The notes below the pieces were generated by a model that saw nothing but the letters and a program-made list of their open reading frames with translations, was not told where the DNA came from and ran no database searches. The position numbers were made by a program, and so were the translations under genes. DNA of 48,639 bases, filler included, from Bipalium vagum (Eukaryota): the NCBI GenBank assembly GCA_037834085.1. It is 2 parts of 2 records of this genome, joined end to end, with 100 filler letters (N's around TTAATTAATTAA, not from the genome) between each part and the next. Parts side by side here need not be neighbours in the genome. Positions count along the whole stretch, not along the records: positions 1 to 27,693 come from JBBMKC010081694.1; 1 more part is not named here. One strand, given 5' to 3'. The number at the start of each line of letters is the position of its first letter. The first letter of the stretch is position 1. Shown here piece by piece: positions 12,740-25,639 of the stretch.

Positions 12740-13515
12740 GACGGAGAATATCGACAAGTCCCACAAAGGAAGAAAGAATTTTGGAATTATTCGATATTCT
12801 GAATGTGGACATTTCTGTCGAATGGATTTTGGAGGTTTTGGAATGATTAACTGTGTAACTTTGAAAATTTATTTCTGGCGATAGTTCAGATAATTTTTAG
12901 TCTGCTTTCCAAAGATCAATGATCAACATTGAAACTGGTCTTGCATGAGTTTTGATGATGGATACCAAAGTTTCGTGATTTCTCTTACCAACAATTTGAA
13001 TAAAAATCGGTTTTTATTAACCCGTTCAATACCTGCAACAGTGCTGTTGGTCTTTTAATAACCTTCCTCTTCCATACTTGTGGCGGACTATGAGGGATTC
13101 ATCCAATTATATAATAACAATAGTACCACCAAATGTTTCGTTGCTTTCCTTCGTGTAGTCTGACGAGGGCAATTTTTTACATTTCAGGAACCAATTGCAG
13201 ATGGTGTTAGGTGGCATATTATCTTCGTGAGCTATTCTATCAATAGGAGTCTCACCGGTCATTCATACAATATACATAATATTTTCTAATTCGGTTGACT
13301 ATTTTTTAAAGAGACCTTTGGTTTCTCTTTTAAAATGTTTTGAACATCATAATTTTTCGTTTCGATATCTGAAGTCATAAGCTCATTACAAGAAGGGCAG
13401 GAAATAGACAATAATTCTCTTTCTTAAGATCATCTCACCGTAGGAACGATTTAGTTTTGTCAGTTTAGCATAATTATGATCATGAATCTGATTTCAAAAT
13501 AACTTTTATTTGACC
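12740..13515 (-). mobile_element. Merlin (IS1016/ISXO2-like) transposase relic
   Basis: Minus-strand frameshifted motifs GGTIVI..LDESLIVRHKYGRGRLLK, AGIER, ETLVSIIKTHARP..IIDLWKA and TVNHS. Confidence 0.8.
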
Positions 13516-13574
13516 ACGAAAACAATGTCCATCTACGTTATATTCGTTAATTAATAATTACCCAATTAATTAAT

Positions 13575-14174
13575 CTTAACCCAGGAAAGTCTTTTGAGTC
13601 GTTGATGCATTTTCAACTACGGCTTCTTAATTGCTGTATCACTTCGAAAACCATATTTTTTCAGAATTTTCTGTACCGCACTGACAGATACATTTCGGAC
13701 ATAACTTGAATTATACGTATTGGTGATATAAGGAACCGCTTTGCAAATGCGTCTGATAGCTCGTGAAGCTTGTGGTGAAACAATAGTTGATCTGCCTTTT
13801 CTCATCCTATCACTCACCGAACCTGCTTCGAGATATTTCTTCCAAATATATTACATGCCGCGTTTTGTCACCGTCCTGTTGTACTTTTCCAAGATTTGTT
13901 GACATATTTCAGTCCAAGAATTTCCATTATTATTCCGTAATGCAACAATGCAACATCTTTGTAATTCTGTTAAATGTCTAGACATTTTATTTATCTAAAA
14001 CAATAAATTTATACATTTTTGACAAATATAATTTAAAAATATGTTATATTTGATTACATTATTTAAATATCTTTACAAAAAGTTAATATTTAAACAACCA
14101 TTTATAATTAAATTGAAATATATATCAAAATTACTATTTTTGATAGAGGATGAACAGATGTTTTACGCGCACTG
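13575..14174 (-). mobile_element. 5' part of a Tc1-like element
   Basis: TA|CAGTGCGCG TIR end at 14174. ATG at 13985 (MSRHLTELQRCCIVAL...), then RKGRST, SVSAVQKILKKYGF and KKP motifs with stops. Confidence 0.8.
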
Positions 14175-14214
14175 TAATTAGCGCTTATTTTAAATGAATT
14201 TCCTTTGTCATTTC

Positions 14215-14435
14215 ATGTGACAATACATCTTCCACCATCTTATGGATATTCTCCAGAAAATTTCCCACACTTCTTCTAAACTAAGCTTATCTATTAAATC
14301 TAAGTCTAATAGACAGTAGATCAAGGCTTCTCTTCTTTTCACTGGGGTCTCTTTCACCCTAAAGTAACTCATGCACAGCGCGATAAATTTTTCAACATTG
14401 TCACCCTTACAGAACGTTTTTGGTTGAATACAAAT
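14215..14435 (-). mobile_element. Gypsy gag N-terminal fragment
   Basis: Minus strand reads IQPKTFCKGDNVEKFIALCMSYFRVKET, a gag-start-like sequence. Confidence 0.5.
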
Positions 14436-14899
14436 TAAAATATTATAAAATCAAATATAAATATAAATATATAATATATATATATATAAATTTAATATGG
14501 TAAATATATCATATAAATAATAATTTTTTTGATTTTAAAAACGGAGATCGAGAACGGTTATTTCAAGTTCTCCGAGGGCTGTTGAGGAGTATAGGTAGGT
14601 TTTCTTCGTACCTCTGTCTGATATTGCTCTTAATTTTTCGCTGAGTTCGTTTTCATATCCCCTGGGATGGGTTGTTGATATGATTGGATTTTCCTTTTTC
14701 CGTAATGATATTTGACCACTGCTCGAATTTTAAAATTTTTCATTTTCTAAAATAGTCAAAACGACTTACTTTAAATTGATGTAGAAAAACAAATACTTTA
14801 CCAATTGACTTGATATCTGAAATCCATATTAACATTAATAATGTTGTTATCCACATATATGTCACTTGATAAGATATCTCAAGAAACAAGATTGTCAGA

Positions 14900-16030
14900 T
14901 TGACTATCAAATTATGATATTGAAGGAATAATGTGATCCAATAATATCTCAAACTTTGTGTATACGTGGGTCCAGAACCAGCCTTATATAATGATAACAT
15001 ATCAGGTTTTTTCGATTTATTCCCATTTAGCAACTTAGACGATTGGGAAATAATAATTTGGCCAATCCATTGGCAATCACTGGTTACTGATAATGATAAA
15101 AAAATCTCACTGCTGCTGGATCCACTGCGACCTTCAAACTGTGAACGACAACAAGAATTCCACAAAAGGCTGAACGGAATAATAAATAAATTGAACAACT
15201 TCTTTCATGAGGCACACTTCGTAAATATTGATATGAAAGACAATTTTGGACACCCGTTGCAAGAAAATATGTATGATTTTGGTGTCTTTGTATGTCAATA
15301 CGCAATGGACTGTGTAAAATCAAGTTCTGGAATAAAGTTCAACAAACCATACTGTGAATATATCAGAAGATATATCCGAGTATTGCCTCAGTTAATTGAA
15401 AACAAGAAAGCAGTGATAAAAAACATTTCGATCAAAAAGGGTGACACAAAAGTCAGCATTGTGCAATCAAATGGAGAACCCAATACTTCTAATATTTGTA
15501 CTAAAAACTTTCAGAAAACAGAATCGACTACAAATTCAATCTTACTGAATCTCATAACAGGCCTGAATCTGGGAAAAACTACTCTCACTTAGGCAATCGG
15601 TCAAATAAAAGAACTGGTAAAGAAACATACCAAAATAATATCTCCTCTCTTGATTCATAAGGAGAAACAACATCCGAACAAGTACAAAATTAGAGAGATG
15701 TTTAACACAAGCCCAAAGAAAGCATATGAAGAAATTACTGGAAACGTGATACCTTCATCTTCTCCACACCGTTTCCAAATCGAGGAGTACTTTGATCAAC
15801 AACCAAAGGATATCCCAAACTATGAGTATACCTTTGAACTAACAAACCTATCAGAATCAAATTCGTGCTTACCCATCACGCATGAAGAGATTGAAATAGC
15901 GTTCAAATCAATAACCAATTCTGCTCCTGGCTCAGATTCAATCAAATACTCTGACTGGAGGTTATTTGATCCGCAATTTGAATTCTTATATTTAGAGAAC
16001 TTTCAAAACGGAAGAATGCTACACAAATCT
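14900..16030 (+). mobile_element. Truncated NeSL/R2-group non-LTR retrotransposon: Ulp1-like cysteine protease plus the start of reverse transcriptase (RT)
   Basis: ORF 14966-15592 has IIWPIHW, LLDPL and PLQENMYDFGVFVCQYA (Ulp1/C48 motif, with the catalytic Cys position reading Phe). ORF 15650-16033 has PITHEEIEIAFKSITNSAPGSDSIKYSDW (RT domain 0). Confidence 0.8.
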
Positions 16031-16034
16031 TAAG

Positions 16035-18422
16035 AAATTGTCTTACAACGGAAAGGATAATTACGTCGGACGACGAGCAACATACACGGTAAGAAATCCA
16101 AACTTTTATCAAACTTGGTGGCGCAATATTGGAGAAAATAAGCAAAAGACAGACACAAAGTACGTTAATGCAGTATCCGAAGACGAGGATATGGACTTCA
16201 TTCGGAGAGGAGATAAATTGTGATGTTACGATAGAGCATTTTCGATGCCAAATGTGGGGAAGATGCTAGACAACTTATACGGAACTGAATACATGAGTAC
16301 CATTGACCTCGGAAATGCCTATTATCAAGTGCCACTACATCCAGACTCACAGGAGAAAACAGCATTTTTCCACAAAAAATGGACAATTTTGTTTTAAGAG
16401 AATGCCATTTGGTATAGCAGCTGCGCCAGGGACAAGTGTTTTAAGAGGCTTAAAAGGAACTATGGTTTACATGGACGATATATTGATATTCTCAAACGAT
16501 GAGAAGCAACATTACGAAATACTGAGCACGGTCTTGGAGTAAATGCAAAACGCTGGATGAAAAATAAATACTGAAAATGTCTCTGCTTACGATCGGAAGT
16601 GAAATTTCTGGGGCACATTATAGATAAGAGAGAAATCAGAACAGATCCAGAAAAAATAGAAGTAATCCAAAAATTCGAAAGACCAAAATGTGTGAAGAAC
16701 CTGAGGAGTTTCCTGGGTATTTGTAACTATTACAGGAGATTCATCCTCAATTATTCGAAGAAGGACAGAGCCTTAGAGGCAATGTGCGGAAGTACGAGCG
16801 CAAAACTGATATGAACAGAAGCATGTAGCAGAGCTTTCGTAGAAATGAAAGAAGCAGTGATAAAAGCCCCAATGTTAGGTTTTCCTAGTACACCCAGGAT
16901 TTTTATACTTGATACAGACGCAAGTTTTGACGCGATAGGAGCAGTTCTGTCTCAGAAAGATGAAAGGAATCAAGAGAGGCTTATTGCATACGGATCGCAT
17001 GCATTATCTACTCATGAAAAAGGATATTGTATAACAAGAAAAGAACTACTGGCTATACACTACTTTTGCCAACATTTCAAACGTTACCTGTATGGCAAGA
17101 ATTTTGTGATACCCACGAACCACAAAGCAATAACATTTATGAGAAAAATCAAAAAACCCTCTCACTCCTCAATTTCAAACTTGGCTGAAATTCCTTCGTA
17201 GTTTAGATATGGAGCTGGAATTCAGAAAAGGCGAGAAACACTCGAATGCGGATATGCTGTCCAGAATTAATTGCGGAACGTGTACACAATGTTTGAGTAA
17301 CCACTAAGAGGCAAAAGGAGGAAAAATAAGGACAAGAACAATAAATGGAATAGACTACTGGCTGGGATGTAAATGGCAAGAAAATCAAAAAAAATCTTGA
17401 ATGATATTAACGAGGAAAAAGTAAGAACTTTCGACTTACAGATAATGTTTTAATGACAATGGAAGGGAAAATATGGATTCCTGGATCAAAGAAAGCAGAC
17501 ATTGTAAAAGACATGCATAAAAGACTCGTACATGCAGGTACCGAAAAATTAGTAGACTACATGAGAAAGATTTATGATATGGAACACTTGAGAAACACGG
17601 TCACCAGAGTCATAAAAGAATGTACAGCATGTCAGAAAACCAAAGTAAAAACGACTGCGACATAGGGAAAAACGGTAAAACTGGAAGCCCTTCGAAAAGA
17701 TTTATATGAACATCTGTAAACCACTGAGAGAAACATTCGGAAGCAAAAAAATACATATGTGCCATAATAGACCAATTCAGCAGATACATACGTCTAACAG
17801 CACTAGCTAAACAGGATGAAAGCTCAATCAAAAGGACAATCATGGAGAAATGGAAAAATTTTTAGAGCTCTAGCAAATTCGATGAAAATAAATATATGCC
17901 TCTCAAGATCATATCATCATAAAACGAACGGAATGGTGGAGCGACAATTTAGAACAATCCGAGATTATACCAATGCAAGGGGGAAAGACTGGGCAGAACT
18001 AATACCAGATATAGAATATACTCTAAATGCTACAATCCAAAAAACGACTGGAAAAAGCCCGACTGAGATAGTATTCGGAAGAAGAATATTTAGAGAACAA
18101 TGGATCAGGAATCAGGAAAATAAAGCAGAAGCGTAGGCACAAATACAGACAAGGAGACAATTTCAAGTGGGAGATAAAGTCCTGATCGAGATCGAAAGAC
18201 AAGAAAAAATACTGCGGCCCTTCACGGTAATCCAGAAAATTCACGACAGACGATACATAATGAGGAATGAAGCAGGCAGAAAACTAGAGAGAAACGTCGA
18301 GAAAATTAAAAAAAATCTTTGAAGAAGGGGGATGTGAGAATCTAAAAATATCTGAGTAACATATTTAATGTTTTAATTTAATTTTTTAGCCATCATTATC
18401 ACTTGATTTCACACTGCTCACA
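16035..18422 (+). mobile_element. Decayed Ty3/Gypsy LTR retrotransposon (pol, polypurine tract, candidate 3' LTR)
   Basis: RT (RMPFG, YMDD, KFLGH, RSFLGICNYYRRFI), RNase H (FILDTDAS, ELLAI), integrase HHCC zinc finger and core (YHHKTNGMVER). Polypurine tract GAAGAAGGGGGA at 18321-18332 is followed by TGTGAG...CTCACA. Many stops and frameshifts. Confidence 0.93.
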
Positions 18423-19359
18423 GGTGAACCGATATACAAATAAAAATAGTAATAAAACAAAATTAAAAGCTATAATTTGATTACGAATTATACGTTTTTA
18501 ATTAAATTAAATAAATACTAAGGATTGGACAGCTACTCCAGTACCTTAGGATAGAATAATTGTTGTCCTTTTTCTTATTTTCCAGTATTTTCTATTTTTG
18601 TGTTCTTGACGTCTAGTAGGACGGAGAACCGAATTTTTATCTGATGACCCTTGAGAGTAAGATACCGAAGGGTGATCTGACTTTTCTATTAACTCTTTAT
18701 CTCGGGTTTTAACTTCAAAGTAAAATTGTATTAAAAAAAAGTTAGATTTATATAAAATATATTTTATAAAAAAACTTGTTATCTTAGTTGATTAAAAGTT
18801 TGTTGTTTAAAAATTTTACCGTTTATTGTTTTAAAAGTTAAAAGGTTTTATAATCGATATTTGTTTAAAAGTTAAAAAGCTTCAAATTTTTATTGTCAAT
18901 CAAATTTTAACTTCGAACGTACGCACACTAAATCCTTCTGAATTTCCATATATTTTATGTTAAATTCCTAAAAAGTCCACTATCGATAATCTTAACTTAA
19001 TAAACATAAAAAGTCCACTATCGATATTCTTAACCCATTTAATAAACATTTTCATTTTCATAATAAATTATCTTTTTACCTATTATTATATGAAAAACAA
19101 TGATATGTACATTGATGTATATGAATAAAAGTAAATGGATAAAAAGAATATGTAATTAGTAACCTAAAAAGTTTCTGTCATTTTTCTCATCAGTTAGTTT
19201 AAGTTTAATTACAGTTTATTATAATATTGAAAATCAATTTTAAGAATTCAAATAATAAAATCAATTAGCTAGAGTAGATAAATCATATTTTTAAAATAAT
19301 ATCATATATTTATATGAATTTAGAGATATCGCAAAAAATTTAAAATGAAGAAGAAAAAA

Positions 19360-19760
19360 TAATTTCGTCAGGGCCACACTGATTTAAAAGAAGCACCCCG
19401 TTTTGTCCGACCAGTCGCAGAAAATGAACACAAAATTATTAAACTAATCAATCAAGTCTGGCACGTAAGCAGTTATGACATTGTCAAGGATCTAGGCATT
19501 TGTCAACAATCGGTTTTAAGTCATCTAGATAAACTTGATTACAAGAAGAAGCTTAATAAATGGGTGCCTCATACGTTATTATAAAATGATTTAATCAGAA
19601 GAATTGCCATTTGGGATTCATTATTAAAAAGAAATGAAATTAAAAATAATTTTTGAAGATGAAACATGAATCTCCTATGATAATAATATTACAAAAAAAG
19701 ATCGTTGTCCAAAAAAGATGAAGTTCCACAGACGATTGAAAATCCAAGTTTATCACACAT
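19360..19760 (+). mobile_element. mariner transposase fragment
   Basis: FRQGHTDLKEAPR...KKLNKWVPHTL (WVPHEL-type motif). Confidence 0.85.
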
Positions 19761-20099
19761 AGTTTACCCCGTTCGAACCCCCATTTTCTCCTCTCGGCAC
19801 GCACACTCATTCGTTCGTGAAAAACGTGTTTAGAAACAAGATAAACTGTCATATATAAAAATAAATAAAAAATAAAATAACTTGTACTAAGAACAAAAAA
19901 ATATTTTTTAGTTGAGTATAAAACTCAAAAAATTTAAAACTGAAAAAATAAAAAAAATAAAAATACTAATGAAAATATTAATACAAATAAAAATACTAAT
20001 AATGCTAATAAAAGTAATAATAGTAGTAATGAAAGTACTAAAGAAAAAGTAATAGAAAAAAGTACTAATAATAGTACTAATGAAAAATTAAAAATTCTT

Positions 20100-20560
20100 C
20101 AAGAAAAATATCCACCTTTTTTTATAAAAATAGGAGGAGATATTCAATCTTCAATTACAAATAATACATTTTTTAACAAATTTACATCTAGTAAATATCC
20201 AGTTGAATTATATTTTAAATCTTTAAATCCTTTAAACAAAACAAATCAATTTTCACAATTTCACAGGATCTGGAACTCACGTTTAGAAAACTATAGTGAA
20301 ATAATAAATAATTATAATGAAACAGGTGAATTAAATTTTCTTCCAATTCCAAAACAGATTCAATTCCAATAAATCGAGTTGATCAAGCGGCAATGAAACA
20401 TGATGTAAAATATATGTCAACAGATTTAAAAGATAGATTTGCTGCAGATGTAGAAATGATTCATGAAATGAACAATATTCAAAATCCAACTCCAAGAGTA
20501 AAACCTTAAAGAGCAATTGTAAAGTTAATTATGAAGAGCAAAGTCGCTTTAGGATTATTA
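20100..20560 (+). pseudogene. Parvovirus-like phospholipase A2 (PLA2X) domain of the Polinton
   Basis: FTGSGT (cf. GPGT loop), then PINRVDQAAMKHDVKY and DLKDRFAADVEMI, with frameshifts. Confidence 0.8.
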
Positions 20561-20629
20561 TTAGAAAGATCTTCAAAAAAAAAGCAATTGAAAAACTTTT
20601 CAAAAATTCAAAAAATTTATCTCCTGAAA

Positions 20630-21420
20630 AAAGTAAACAATTAGCAAATGACTTTCATAAAATTTTAGAAAAACTAAAAATTTCTTAAAAGTACAACTAA
20701 ATAACAAAAATGCTATTTGGTCTGCAGATTTAACTTTTGTTCCTGGAGCAAAAGATTATAAAATAATTCTAACAGTGATTGATTTATATACTCATTTTGC
20801 TTTTGCTATTCTTTTAATAAATAAAGAACAAAATCAGAACAATCAATTACAAATGCTTTCGATAAAATATTTGAAGATTCTAATAGAGTTCCAGAAAAAC
20901 TTTGGGTAAATCAAGAAACAGAATTTTAAAATAAAACTTTTGAAGATTTTTGTGATGATAACGAAATAGAAATTTACTCAACAGACAATTAGGGAAAAGC
21001 AGTTGTAATAGAAAGATTTAATAGAACTCTAAAAAATATAATGTTTAAAAAGTTTACGGAACACGGACATTGAAAATGGTTAAATTTTTTACCAAACTTA
21101 ATTATGATAAGTTTATAATAACAAAATTCATAGTTCAATTGGTATTTTTCCTAATGATGCCTCTAAAAATTCTGAAAGTTTAAAAACTACAACAACTGAT
21201 AATATTTCCCCTATTTCTCAATTAACTTTAAAATTAAAATATCATATTGGAGATCATGTAAGAATTTTTAAATATAAAAATTAATTTCAAAAAGGATATA
21301 CTGCTAAATAGACAAATGAAATTTATTTTACGACTTCAATCGATAATCGAATTATTGATTTAAAAGGAGAAAAGATTTTAGGATGCTTATACTAATATGA
21401 ACTTCAAAGAAGTAGTTTTT
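20630..21420 (+). pseudogene. Maverick-type (rve) integrase
   Basis: QLANDFHK, IWSADL, ILTVIDLYTHFAFA, PEKLWVNQETEF, KAVVIERFNRTLK, YNNKIHSSIG, IGDHVRI, FQKGYT. Several stops. Confidence 0.92.
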
Positions 21421-22599
21421 AAAGGATTTGAGTAATTAAAACTATTAAATGAATTAAAGATGACTTTTTCAGGTTAGTTATATTGTATAGTATATTTAAT
21501 TTAATTAAAGATATTAAATGATGTAAAAGTATTAAATTAAGTTAAAATATTAAATAAATTAAAAATGATTTCCAATCTAGTTATGTTATGCACAATATAT
21601 TTATTTTATTAAATTAATATTATTTTGTATGCTGTTACTATAACATTTTATGATAATTGTTATAATCTTAAGTGTCTTATTGCTATAACAGTATCAATTA
21701 AGGAATTAATTGTTACATTGTTAATAGATAAAATGACAATTAAGTGATAGCTGTTATCATCTATTATCTTAGTTGTTTTATTTATCAAATATTTATGCAA
21801 GTAAAACATTTTTGTTTTATTTTATTTTTTTATTATGATACTTTTTATAGCAATATCAGATTTTATTGTTTTTTTTCAATTTGATATACTGTATCAAGGA
21901 AATTAAAAAAAATTATTATCTGAAAAATCGTCATTAAATTAATTATCTTAAATTAATTATTTATCTGATTTATCTGATTTATTATTTTTCTGAATGAACA
22001 ATACAGAAACCATTCAAGATGAATTTAAGTATATAAAATTTAATTATCGGAAGGATAAGAAATTGATTGATTTATGCTCTTCCTTACGATCGAAAGTCTG
22101 TTTAATTGTTATTAAAAATAAAATAAAAATAATAAAAAAATTAAATAAAAAATCAATTGAAAACATATTCAGTTCAAGGAAAAGCTTTTAAATGCTTAAA
22201 AACTGATGCCTCAAAGAATTATATTGGATACCTAAAGAAAAACGAAATTATGTATACGAAAGAATATGTTAATTTCTTAACAAAGTTTGGCAAGTTTGGA
22301 GATTAAAATAAAAGAAAGATTTAAAGGAATTATTACAAAAATTATGTAAAAATAAAATTAAAATAATTAAGCAAGGAAATGGATTATATTTTGATTCCTC
22401 TGAGAAAAATAAATAATAGTTTTTTTATATTTAAAGTATAGTATATCTAAGATACACCGAAAATTAAATAATTAAAAAAATATTTCATTTTAGTATCATA
22501 CTATTTAAACTTTATTTTTTTAATATTTTATAAAAATGGGTATACTTGAAGTATACCAAAAAAAATAATTAAAAAAATAAAAATATTTATCTATAGTTA

Positions 22600-23600
22600 T
22601 CTAGCTGGAGAATTTAATTTATTAAAAATTAATTAAATAATTAATTAAAATAATTAATTAAAAAAGGACACTAAAAATTTAAAAATTCAAAAATATGTTC
22701 AAATACACACATCCCCCTATTTAAAGAATTTTTTAATTTTTTCAACATTCCTCTCAATCATTTTCCCTTTTCTGTCTTCAAGTAGATATCTTCTCTCATG
22801 AATTTTCCTGTTGATTGTATATGGTCCTTCAAATCTTTCTTTATCTTTACTTCTGCCTTCAACTTTTACCAGCACTTCGTCACTCAGTTCGAACATTCTT
22901 CCTGTTGTCACTGGACACGGTTTGTCCTGCACCTCTTCTTTTTCCTTCTGATATCTTGTGGCTGAACCAAGCTTAACTGTGAATTGTCCTCCCAAATATT
23001 ACTTCAGTTTTGCTTATTACATAAGTTTTGCATTAGACTGTTCGACTAGTGCTTTGAAAACTCTCAAGTCTTTCATGTCGTATAAATCGGCTATAAACCT
23101 TTAACCTTTTCGGTTCCCGCATGTGTTAGGGATTTATGCACTTCTTTCATTAATAATTGGCTCCTGGTTTTTCGAATCTATATCTTCTCCTCTTTCGTCT
23201 TAACCAAGCCATCTTCCAAACGAAAATTAAACGTGCTTCCCTTTTCAATAAACCCTTTGATCTGATTGATCTCATCTTCCTTAATCTGATATTTATATTC
23301 GGTAGCTTCATGTACAGTATTTATTGCTCTAGTCTTTCTTTTTTCAGTTTGACGCGAAATTTGACTTTTGTTCTCAATAGATGACATTTCTCTGGGTTCA
23401 TTCTAAGCCCTGCTTATGATATTCTCTTTAGTACTTCATTTAGAATCTGATAATGATATTCTATATTTTTCGTATGGATCATTATATCATTCAAATAGAC
23501 CATAGTGTTTCTTAGATTATCCAACACCTTCATTATTAATTCTTGAAAAGTTCCTTGGCCCGCAGCAATACCAAAAGGCATTCTCGTGAAAAAAAATTGA
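22600..23600 (-). mobile_element. Internally deleted Gypsy element inserted in the Polinton; same family type as 16035-18422
   Basis: RMPFGIAAGQGTFQ and MVYLND (RT), HAGTE (integrase zinc finger), FEGPYTINRKIHERRY...ERNVEKIKKF. Polypurine tract GGGGGA then TGTG at 22711 on the minus strand. Left boundary approximate. Confidence 0.88.
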
Positions 23601-24016
23601 AGGTGAAGATTATAGTAAAGATTTTTATAATAACTGGACAAGAGATTATAGTTTAAAAGATTTGAGTAATTATGTACATCTAATAAACTATTTTAAAGGA
23701 GCAATGAACTGAAAATTTGTAAAACTTATTAAAAGCCAAATAAGCAAACTTGATGAAATAGAAAATGCAGGAGAAGGTTATAAAATTTACAAACTAAAAA
23801 AAATTCTTGATTAGTTTGTAACATTAAGCAAATATTTAGCAACTAAAAAGACAGGACATGATAATTTTGATCATTTAATTTTAAAAATTTTAAATAAATT
23901 AAAATAGCACAAAAAAATAATAGATAAAAATTATGAAAACATATGAAAAAATATTTTAATAACTGATACAACTTAACTTAAAATAATAAAAAAATATTAA
24001 AATATAACAAAATTAA

Positions 24017-24831
24017 ATGGAAGTTGGTTTACAGAAAATATCAAACCTTTGATCTCAAAAAATTTTCTTCAACATTTTTAGTAAAAAGTAAAACATCAGA
24101 AATATCTTTTAGATTTGATAATACTTTAAATCTTGATCCTAATTTAAACTAAGAATTAGATTTAGCTTATTTTTCAACTTATAATTCTAAATTTAATATA
24201 AACGAAGATAATAATAGAATTAATATAACAGTAATAAATAGTAAAAAATTACTCGTTACAAAAAATATCAGATTAACCCCGGGTGCTTATGAAATTGAAG
24301 AAATATTAAAAGTTATAGAAAATGAATTAAAATATGATAAAACTTTAAAAACTTTAGGAGTGACTGTAGGTCAAAATGGTAAACCCATTGATAAAGAATA
24401 TTACATAAAAATTAAACCTAATTCTCTTTCAGGAAATATAATAATAAAAATAACAAAAGGATGTGCAGTTCATTTTCCTCAAAATAATTAACTAGCTAAT
24501 TTTTTACGGTTTGAAATTAACATGTATACTGAAAAAAATTCACTAGTCTAAAAAAATTAATATTTCAAATATAAATAATATTAAGATAGATTGTAATGTT
24601 GTAAATGGATCATTTTTTAATGGTAAAAACTCAAATATCATTTTTGATTTTCCAACAAACACTGTTAAAATAAAAAATGAAATTATATAGAGACCAAATT
24701 TTCCAATTTATTATCCCGTAATTGTAAGCATGATTGATGAAATAAATTTTAGAATTGTTGATTATAATGATGAGTTAATAAATTTTAATGGAGAATATAT
24801 TACTTTTAGAGTTCATTTAAAACAGTTGTAA
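24017..24831 (+). pseudogene. Polinton minor capsid protein (penton)
   Basis: TYNSKFNINEDNNRI, LTPGAYEIEEI, INNIKIDCNVVNGSFFNG, RPNFPIYYPV and FRIVDYNDELINFNGEYITFRVHLK match the Polinton/adintovirus penton pattern. Stops and frameshifts present. Confidence 0.85.
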
Positions 24832-24879
24832 ATTTTTTTTTCTTTTTGTATTTTCTAAAAATCCAGTTCTATTGTGATG

Positions 24880-25520
24880 ATTTCTTAAATAATAATTCGG
24901 GAAAGATTAAAAATAATTTTAATTTATCAGAAATTGTTAGAATGTTAATTACTGATCCTTCTGGATCTGGTAAAACAATGTTATTATATAATATGTTATT
25001 AAAGAAAAATTATATAGAATATAATAATTTTATTATTTTTTATAAAACTTCTTTCCTTCAAACATCACTAAAACATATTAAAGATTGTTTTGATTATGGA
25101 TTATCTAAAGAAGAAGAAGTTTGTCAAATGTTTAAAAATGAAAAAAAATATAAATTTGATGAAACAAATTACGCTTATAAAGTCCGAAAAATTAAACTTA
25201 CATTATCAGATAAAGCGAATGAAATTCAACCTCCAGATAAATTGGATAAAACTAAAAAAAATTTAATTATTTATGTTGATGTAATAAATGAAAAAAATTA
25301 ATATATTATGCAAATGTATTTTACTCGAGAAGACATAATAAATGTTCAGTAATATAGTTATCTCAATCATTTTTTGATTTACCATTAAGCTCAATAAAAA
25401 ATAATACAAATGTCTGAATTTTATTTAAAATTTCTCAAAATGATAAATCACAAATTTATTCGTAAATGTTATCACATTTCATTGATAAAGAAGAATTTGA
25501 TTATTTATTTAATTTCACAT
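24880..25520 (+). pseudogene. Polinton A32/FtsK-like DNA packaging ATPase
   Basis: Walker A RMLITDPSGSGKT, Walker B KNLIIYVD, then FTR..RH, LSQSFFDLP and IKNNTN. Confidence 0.88.
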
Positions 25521-25639
25521 AAACCGAAAATATAATTATATAATTTTAAATATAATATAATATAATTTATATAATTTAATTTTTATAAATTTAGAGACTA
25601 TCAAAATAGAACCTTCAGCTTTTGAAAGCAAAGATATTT

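Noticed and set aside
18641-18690. Hammerhead ribozyme candidate (CTGATGA plus CCCTT/AAGGG stem)
   Set aside because: No GAAA after stem II and no stem III. The similar site at ~5358 fails the same way.
18969-19048. Two ~38-42 bp direct repeats (TAAAAAGTCCACTATCGATA...) as a CRISPR-like array
   Set aside because: Only two adjacent copies, no spacers, eukaryotic context. An ordinary tandem duplication.
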